Sequence record: ON529858.1
Direction: 5' to 3' (one strand)
Length of the DNA: 64,000 nt
Numbering within the stretch: position 1 is the first letter of the stretch; each line of letters opens with the position of its first letter. Shown here piece after piece: positions 58,493 to 64,000 of the stretch. A model generated the notes under the pieces. It saw only the letters and a program-made list of their open reading frames with translations, was not told the origin of the DNA and made no database searches. The translations under genes were made by a program, and so were the position numbers.

Positions 58493-59088
58493 CAGGCGGC
58501 GTGGGGGCGGCGGCCGGCGACGATGTCCTGGAGGGCATAGAAGCAGCGGCGGGTGGCGAGGACATCGGAGATGGCGGTGTGAGCGCCGTCGAACTCTTCT
58601 CCGGTGAGATGCTGGTGCAGGGTCATCAGCTTGACCTTGCCTTGCGGGCGGCGCATCAGCGCGGCGCCGTTCGGCATGGTGTCGAAGATCGACTTGCCCT
58701 CGAACGGATCGAGGGTCGGCCGGCCCAGGACACGGCGCACGTTGGCGCGGACCATGTCGTTGTCGAAGCCCTTGATGTTGTGGCCGACGATCATGTCGGC
58801 GACCGCGACCATGTCGAGGAAGGCTTCAAGGGCGATCACCTCGGTCATGCCGACGCGGTCGGAGTGGGCCTTGGTGATGCCGTGGAACTTGGCGGCGCCG
58901 TCCCAGCCGTCGAGCACGACCTGGGGCAGGTCCGGGTGACGGATGATGACGTCGAGACGCATGATCTCTTTGCCATCGGCGTCGTCGAGGACGGCGCCAA
59001 GCTGGACGATCCGGGCCTGATCTTCGTGATCAAGCGGCAGCTTCTTGTTCAGGAAGCCGGTCGTCTCGGTGTCGTAGGTGAGGATCAT
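58492..59088 (-). CDS. DEDDh 3'-5' exonuclease (DnaQ-like, ~198 aa)
   Basis: YDTETTG, IVGHNIKGFD, AHTAISDV. Confidence 0.9.
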   Translation of the reverse strand: MILTYDTETTGFLNKKLPLDHEDQARIVQLGAVLDDADGKEIMRLDVIIRHPDLPQVVLDGWDGAAKFHGITKAHSDRVGMTEVIALEAFLDMVAVADMIVGHNIKGFDNDMVRANVRRVLGRPTLDPFEGKSIFDTMPNGAALMRRPQGKVKLMTLHQHLTGEEFDGAHTAISDVLATRRCFYALQDIVAGRRPHAA

Positions 59089-59137
59089 CGGGGGCTTTCG
59101 GTCGGGGCTGATCTTGGTAACCAATCCCGTTAACTAT

Positions 59138-59156
59138 GTCAAGATTGGCGACGTAG
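59138..59156 (-). promoter_or_regulatory. Conserved promoter motif
   Basis: Minus strand reads CTACGTCGCCAATCTTGAC. Confidence 0.65.
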
Positions 59157-59171
59157 AATGTCGCGAAAAAC

Positions 59172-59453
59172 TTACGCCTCGGCGCAGATTTGCGAGATGC
59201 GCTGGCGGGAGACGCCATAGTCGGCGGCGATGTCGACCTGGGCGTCGCCGGCGATGAAGAAGCGCTGGCGAATGGTCTCCTTGGTCGCCTTCTTCCACGC
59301 CTTGCGAGCGACGGCGGCCTGGGGGTAGTGCAGGCGGATCATCTGGCGGAAGCCGCTCTCGGAGAGGTTGGCGACCTTGGCGCAGGCGGCGGCGTCGGTG
59401 CCGGTGGCGAAGAGTTCGGCCGCCTGATCGCGGATGGACGGGATGTCGGTCAT
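59172..59453 (-). CDS. Small HTH DNA-binding protein (93 aa)
   Basis: C-terminal DIAADYGVSRQRISQI helix-turn-helix; possible second HTH near the N-terminus. Confidence 0.7.
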   Translation of the reverse strand: MTDIPSIRDQAAELFATGTDAAACAKVANLSESGFRQMIRLHYPQAAVARKAWKKATKETIRQRFFIAGDAQVDIAADYGVSRQRISQICAEA

Positions 59454-59495
59454 AGGAAGTCCTTCGCGGCACGACGGCCGCGTCACAGGGGTGGA

Positions 59496-61748
59496 TTAGT
59501 GGGTGTCGGACCAGCGCTGGCCGAACTTGACGGTCACATCGACGGGCAGGCGGAAGTCGAAGCGCTCGCCAGCGAGGCGGGCGGCCTCTTCCATGTTCTT
59601 CGAACAGATCATCCGGACGCGCGGGTCGTCGCGGACGGCGACCTGCATTTCGTCGTGGACCCACGCCAGGACCGCGAAGTCGCCGTCCCAGCCGCTCTTC
59701 AGGCCGTCTTCTTCGCAGAGTTGTTCGAACAGGACGCACCACGCCTTGGCGATCGTCGCGCCGGCGCCTTGCAGCAGCGTGTTCAGCGCCGAGTGCTTGG
59801 CCCGGACGTAGAGTTCGCGACCGTCGAGACCCAGGACGTAGCCGTGCTTCGCCATACGCTGCACGGCCTTGATGACCTGTTGCAGCGCGGGAATGCGCGT
59901 CATGATCCGGCGGCGCATTTCGGCGCCGAGAGCCTTGGCCTTCTGCGGGTAGAGCGAGACCGACGGATCGACGGTGCAGCCCAGCTTGTAGTCCTGGGCG
60001 CCGTAGATCATGGCGTAGATGAAGGTCTTGGCGAGGTCCCGGCTTTCCAGTTCCATCGCCTGCTGGTGGACGGCGTGGATGTCGCCGTTCAGCACGATCT
60101 CCCCGTAGGCGCCGCCGTCGAACTCCGCCATGAAGTGCGCCAGACAGCGCAGTTCGATACCGGCTTGGTCGGCGCCCATGAGCACCCAGCCCTCCGGCAC
60201 ATAGAACAGGTTCCGGCAGTCCCAGCCGTGGTCGCCCTCGCGGCCCTTCATCAGGACCTTCTTGGTCTTGACCTTGCCTTCGTCGTCCAGGATGAACTCG
60301 CCGGTCTCGGGGTCGCGGACCGGCTTGCCGAAGATTTGCTCGCCGTTCGGGCCAAGCAGCGGCGTGCCGTCCTCGTTGAACTGAGCCGGGCTCTTGAAGA
60401 CGACGCGCGGGACCTGGGCGATGTTCGGGTTGGAGTGCGAGGCGCGGTTCGTGACCGTGCCGCCGACGACGATCCGGCCGTGAATCTTGCCGTCGCCGTT
60501 CCACTCTTCGCACTTGACCAGCCAGCCGTTCTTGCCGTCGACAAGCTGGCCGAGACGCTTCTTGAAGTAGAAGATTTCGGCGAGGTCTTCGCAGATCGGG
60601 ATGACCAGACGGTTCGAGCCTTCCTCGCGCACCTGGGCGAGGTCGCGCAGGACCTCATCGTTCACCGACGGCGATCCGGCCTCGGTGAACTCCTGGGGCT
60701 CCCAGCCGTAGACCTTCTTCAGACGGTCGATGATCTGGGGGCGGGAGTTCGGGTTGAACTCGATCTTCTTGATGGCCGTGTAGGCGCAGCCGGCGGTGCG
60801 GTCGCCCCCGGAGACCTTGTTGTCCTTGTAGCGGATGTTCTTGGGCGGGACGGTGACCTCGCCCCAGAACTCGCGGCTCCCGTTCTCGCCGAACTCGGCA
60901 CGCGGCCGGAAGCCCGGCTGGTCCTTCTCTTCCTTGCCGGTCTCGGGGTTCGTGTAGGTGGTCGAGTCGTTGACCTTCTTCCACTTCATGGGGACCCACC
61001 ACGAGCCGAAGTGCTCGATGGCGGCCTCGGACAGCGCGTCCAGCGACGTCCGCAGGCTGGTCTCCAGGACGCGCGCCTGATCGCGGTCGAACGGGAAACC
61101 GTTGACCTGCACGCGCTCCATCATGTCGTGAACAAGGTGCTCCAGCTTGGTCGCGGTCTCGGACCACGGCTTCTGCTCGATCTTCGTCCAAAGCGCCTCG
61201 GTGACGGTGACGTCATTCTCGGCGTAGTCGTCCATCTCCTGATTCCACGTCGCCCAGACGTAGGTCATGATCTCTTCTTTGTCGGTCAGCCCGCGCGACT
61301 TGGCTTCCTCGATCTTGACGTCTGAATAGTCGCCCTTGGGGAAGCCGAGACGTTCGCCCCAGGCGCCGAGTTCGTGGGAGCCGATGTAGCCGCCGTAAAG
61401 CTGGCCGCGCTTCCACATCTTGAAGTCATTTTCCTTGATGTCTGCGAACAGCATCCGGGCCATGACCATCGTGTCGCGCACGACGCCGCGCGGGTCGAAG
61501 TAGGACCCGTAGACCTTCCAGAGCGCCGGCATGTCGAAGCCGACGATGTTGTGGCCGACGATCAGTTCGGCCTCGTTGAGCATGTCGATGCCGTCACGGA
61601 TCGTGTCTTCACGATCGTTGCGACGGAAGCGCCAGACCTGACGGGTGTCGATGTCCTTGATGACGATGATGTGGACGCGGGTCAGCTTGAGCAGCAGACC
61701 GTTCGTTTCGATGTCCCAAAGGAGGCGCCGGCCGCGAGGAATGATCAT
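59496..61748 (-). CDS. Family A (T7-like) DNA polymerase (750 aa)
   Basis: WDIETNG, VGHNIVGFD exonuclease motifs; GADQAGIELR, AKTFIYAMIYG, LNTLLQGAGA, VHDEMQ. Confidence 0.95.
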   Translation of the reverse strand: MIIPRGRRLLWDIETNGLLLKLTRVHIIVIKDIDTRQVWRFRRNDREDTIRDGIDMLNEAELIVGHNIVGFDMPALWKVYGSYFDPRGVVRDTMVMARMLFADIKENDFKMWKRGQLYGGYIGSHELGAWGERLGFPKGDYSDVKIEEAKSRGLTDKEEIMTYVWATWNQEMDDYAENDVTVTEALWTKIEQKPWSETATKLEHLVHDMMERVQVNGFPFDRDQARVLETSLRTSLDALSEAAIEHFGSWWVPMKWKKVNDSTTYTNPETGKEEKDQPGFRPRAEFGENGSREFWGEVTVPPKNIRYKDNKVSGGDRTAGCAYTAIKKIEFNPNSRPQIIDRLKKVYGWEPQEFTEAGSPSVNDEVLRDLAQVREEGSNRLVIPICEDLAEIFYFKKRLGQLVDGKNGWLVKCEEWNGDGKIHGRIVVGGTVTNRASHSNPNIAQVPRVVFKSPAQFNEDGTPLLGPNGEQIFGKPVRDPETGEFILDDEGKVKTKKVLMKGREGDHGWDCRNLFYVPEGWVLMGADQAGIELRCLAHFMAEFDGGAYGEIVLNGDIHAVHQQAMELESRDLAKTFIYAMIYGAQDYKLGCTVDPSVSLYPQKAKALGAEMRRRIMTRIPALQQVIKAVQRMAKHGYVLGLDGRELYVRAKHSALNTLLQGAGATIAKAWCVLFEQLCEEDGLKSGWDGDFAVLAWVHDEMQVAVRDDPRVRMICSKNMEEAARLAGERFDFRLPVDVTVKFGQRWSDTH

Positions 61749-62740
61749 GCCAGGGCCTCCTTGATGCGGGCGCCGATCCACGCCACCATCGGCACGGCCA
61801 GGGAGTTGCCGATCGCGTCATAGCGCTGCGTCGCCGACGCGCCGGGGATCAGGGTGTGGTTGTCGGGCATCCCCTGGAGGCGTTCGCACTCCAGCGGGCT
61901 CAGCTTGCGCAGGTCGCCCTCGGGGGTCAGGACCAGTCCGATCGAGCCGCCGCCGCCGGCGGTGCGCAGGCAGTTGGCGATGTCGTTGCCGACCTCGATC
62001 TGCTGGCCGCTGAAGTCGTTGATCGTGCGGCCTCGGATCGCTACACGAAGGGCGAGAGCGCCTTCTTCATCCGCGCCGATAGCGTTCGCCCGGCGCTGAG
62101 CGCGTTGCTCAAGAGAGTCGCCTTCCGCGTGTCCTTCATGAAGGATGTCGCGGGGATCGACGCCCGAGGTTCGAGGACATGCGACAAGGACGACTCGCTT
62201 GCGAGATTGGGGGACACCGAAGTGTTGCGCGTCCAGGAGGCGCCAAGCGATGGTCCGTCGGGGGCCAGACACATAACCTGCGTCCGTCCACCCAGACCTT
62301 GGCGGCTCAAGAGGTCCGAACTCTCCGCAGAGCGCTCCCAGGAGATACCCGAAGGCGTTGTGATCATCGGTCAGTAGTCCTTCGACGTTCTCGTAGCAGA
62401 AGACCTTCGGGTCGATCTCGTCGACCAGACGGAGGCCGCCCAGGGTGAGGGCGCCGTTGGCGCCCATGATGGAGGCTTGCTTGCCCGCGACGGAGAAGTC
62501 CTGGCACGGGAAGGAGGCCCAGAAGACGTCGACCTTGTCGGCCCAGACCGTCCCGTCGATGCGGGTCAGGTCGCCGAGGTTCGGGACGTCAGGCCAGTGA
62601 TGCTTGAGCACCGCGTTCGGGAAGGCCTCGATCTCGCTGTAGAAGATGGGTTCGAAGCCTTGGGGCTCCCAGGCGAGGGAGACCGCTTCGACGCCCGAGC
62701 AGACAGTGGCGAAGCGGATGGGGGCGGTGATGTCGGGCAT
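61745..62740 (-). CDS. DNA cytosine-C5 methyltransferase (331 aa)
   Basis: CSGVEA, SFPCQDFS.AG, ENV, PQSRKRV, ECERLQG, IGNS. Confidence 0.92.
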   Translation of the reverse strand: MPDITAPIRFATVCSGVEAVSLAWEPQGFEPIFYSEIEAFPNAVLKHHWPDVPNLGDLTRIDGTVWADKVDVFWASFPCQDFSVAGKQASIMGANGALTLGGLRLVDEIDPKVFCYENVEGLLTDDHNAFGYLLGALCGEFGPLEPPRSGWTDAGYVSGPRRTIAWRLLDAQHFGVPQSRKRVVLVACPRTSGVDPRDILHEGHAEGDSLEQRAQRRANAIGADEEGALALRVAIRGRTINDFSGQQIEVGNDIANCLRTAGGGGSIGLVLTPEGDLRKLSPLECERLQGMPDNHTLIPGASATQRYDAIGNSLAVPMVAWIGARIKEALA

Positions 62741-62796
62741 GAATCTTGGTTAACCTACGTCGTGAATCCTGTCAAGAAATGTCGTCAGAGACGACG

Positions 62797-63543
62797 TCAG
62801 GGACGTTGCAGGTTCTTGCGTTCAGCCGCCGTCAGGACACGCGGGCAGGGCAGATCGCCCTTCCAGACCTTGTCGGCCAGACGCACGAGTTCCTTCGCCA
62901 GGAGGCGCTTGCCCTCGGGTCCGACCCAGGCGTTCAGTTCGGACGGCCAGCGGGCGGGGCGGCCGAAGAAGTGGATCGCCTGCGGGTTGGTCCACAGGTC
63001 GGTCGCGAACTCGGCGGCGTATTGTTGGTTGATCGCATAGGCGTGGTCGCCAAGCTGGCCGGCGCCTTCATGATCGTGGTAGCCCAGGCCGATCCTGATC
63101 TTGTTGATGCCGCTGTCGTAGGCGAGCCAGAACAGTCGGCCGTCGCCCAGGGACGCGATCTTGATGTCCCAATCCATCGGGTGGCCCCAGGCTTCGAAGT
63201 GCATGGCGCGCAGGGCTTCAGCGACCTTCTGGGCGATCTGGGGGCTCTGCTCGATCACGGCGCCCAAGACCTTTTCCTGGGCCGCGAAGGTCAGCGTCTC
63301 GCAATCCAGGAAGAGGGCTGCGAGGCGTCCGGTCTTGACGGCGAAGCCCGACATCTCGATCCCGTCCGCCATCTCGTCGCAGACCAGTTGATGGACCTTG
63401 GCGCCGTCGACGTGGGTCAACTGGAGGCCATTGGCGCTCTCGTGGCCGACCCCGATCTGGATGTAGTTCGCGGCGTCCGGGTGCATCAGGTAGATGAAGG
63501 CGCCGGACGGTTGGGACTGGATGGGGATGCGCTTGTAGAGCAT
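62797..63543 (-). CDS. Hypothetical protein (248 aa)
   Basis: Long ORF with phage-like codon usage. Confidence 0.7.
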   Translation of the reverse strand: MLYKRIPIQSQPSGAFIYLMHPDAANYIQIGVGHESANGLQLTHVDGAKVHQLVCDEMADGIEMSGFAVKTGRLAALFLDCETLTFAAQEKVLGAVIEQSPQIAQKVAEALRAMHFEAWGHPMDWDIKIASLGDGRLFWLAYDSGINKIRIGLGYHDHEGAGQLGDHAYAINQQYAAEFATDLWTNPQAIHFFGRPARWPSELNAWVGPEGKRLLAKELVRLADKVWKGDLPCPRVLTAAERKNLQRP

Positions 63544-63599
63544 GGGTCTCTTCGGACGGGGGTGACGGGCCGCACCCGGTGATGCGGCCCGGAAGGCGC

Positions 63600-63923
63600 T
63601 TAGGCTTGAGCGGCGGAACGGGCCTGCTCGGCGAGCGCGGCGGCGGCTTCGTCGCCCTTGACGCTCAGGATCGTCACGCCCAGGCCGCGCAGGGCGTCGG
63701 CGCGACGTGCGGCAGCACGGAGCGTGGCGCGGATGGTTTCGAGTTCGGTGGCGGCGGCCGTGCCGATCTCACCACGCACGGCGGTGTGCTTCTTGTCGGC
63801 GGCCTGGACGCTGATCTCGTGGTCGGCGTCGGCCGCCGTCTTCAGGGCGATCAGCTTCTCGGCGGTGGTGCGCGGCTGGAACTTGTTGGCGAGCCGGGCG
63901 GCGACGGTGCGGGGCGTGAACAT
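63600..63923 (-). CDS. Hypothetical Ala-rich helical protein (107 aa)
   Basis: AGGA RBS; phage-like codon usage. Confidence 0.7.
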   Translation of the reverse strand: MFTPRTVAARLANKFQPRTTAEKLIALKTAADADHEISVQAADKKHTAVRGEIGTAAATELETIRATLRAAARRADALRGLGVTILSVKGDEAAAALAEQARSAAQA

Positions 63924-64000
63924 CGGGGGTTTCCTTGTTGATGTCGGGTGGGAGAGGCTTAGGCGGGGAAGCGCTGGTCGAGACGCCAGCGCCCGTTGCT

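Overview
A 64-kb segment of a large, high-GC tailed phage genome. Its gene content and order fit a phiCbK-like or Brevundimonas jumbo siphophage of Caulobacteraceae; this is an inference, no database search was run. Plus strand, in order: (1) a putative filament/appendage module with a 2,112-aa glycine-rich protein; (2) a ~5-kb island of 29 CCA-encoding tRNA genes with peptide deformylase and several candidate structured ncRNAs; (3) phoH, head-tail joining genes, major tail tube, frameshifted tail chaperones, tape measure, GTA-like tail tip and fibres; (4) a lysis cassette. Minus strand: XRE regulator, dut, nrdB-glutaredoxin fusion, intein-containing nrdA, thyX, dNMP kinase, SF1B helicase, SSB-like protein, PD-(D/E)XK nuclease, DEDDh exonuclease, family A DNA polymerase and a C5 methyltransferase. 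Main finding: the tRNA genes are sorted into amino-acid-specific blocks. The two large blocks are each preceded by an unannotated leader peptide built almost entirely from the amino acids whose tRNAs lie downstream, followed by mutually exclusive antiterminator and terminator hairpins. This is the architecture of ribosome-mediated transcription attenuation, applied to phage tRNA operons, and suggests the phage senses depletion of specific host tRNAs and makes replacements on demand. A palindromic CGTC-N9-GACG motif fused to the -35 box recurs at roughly 16 or more promoters. All RNA folds and domain calls were made by eye and need computational confirmation.
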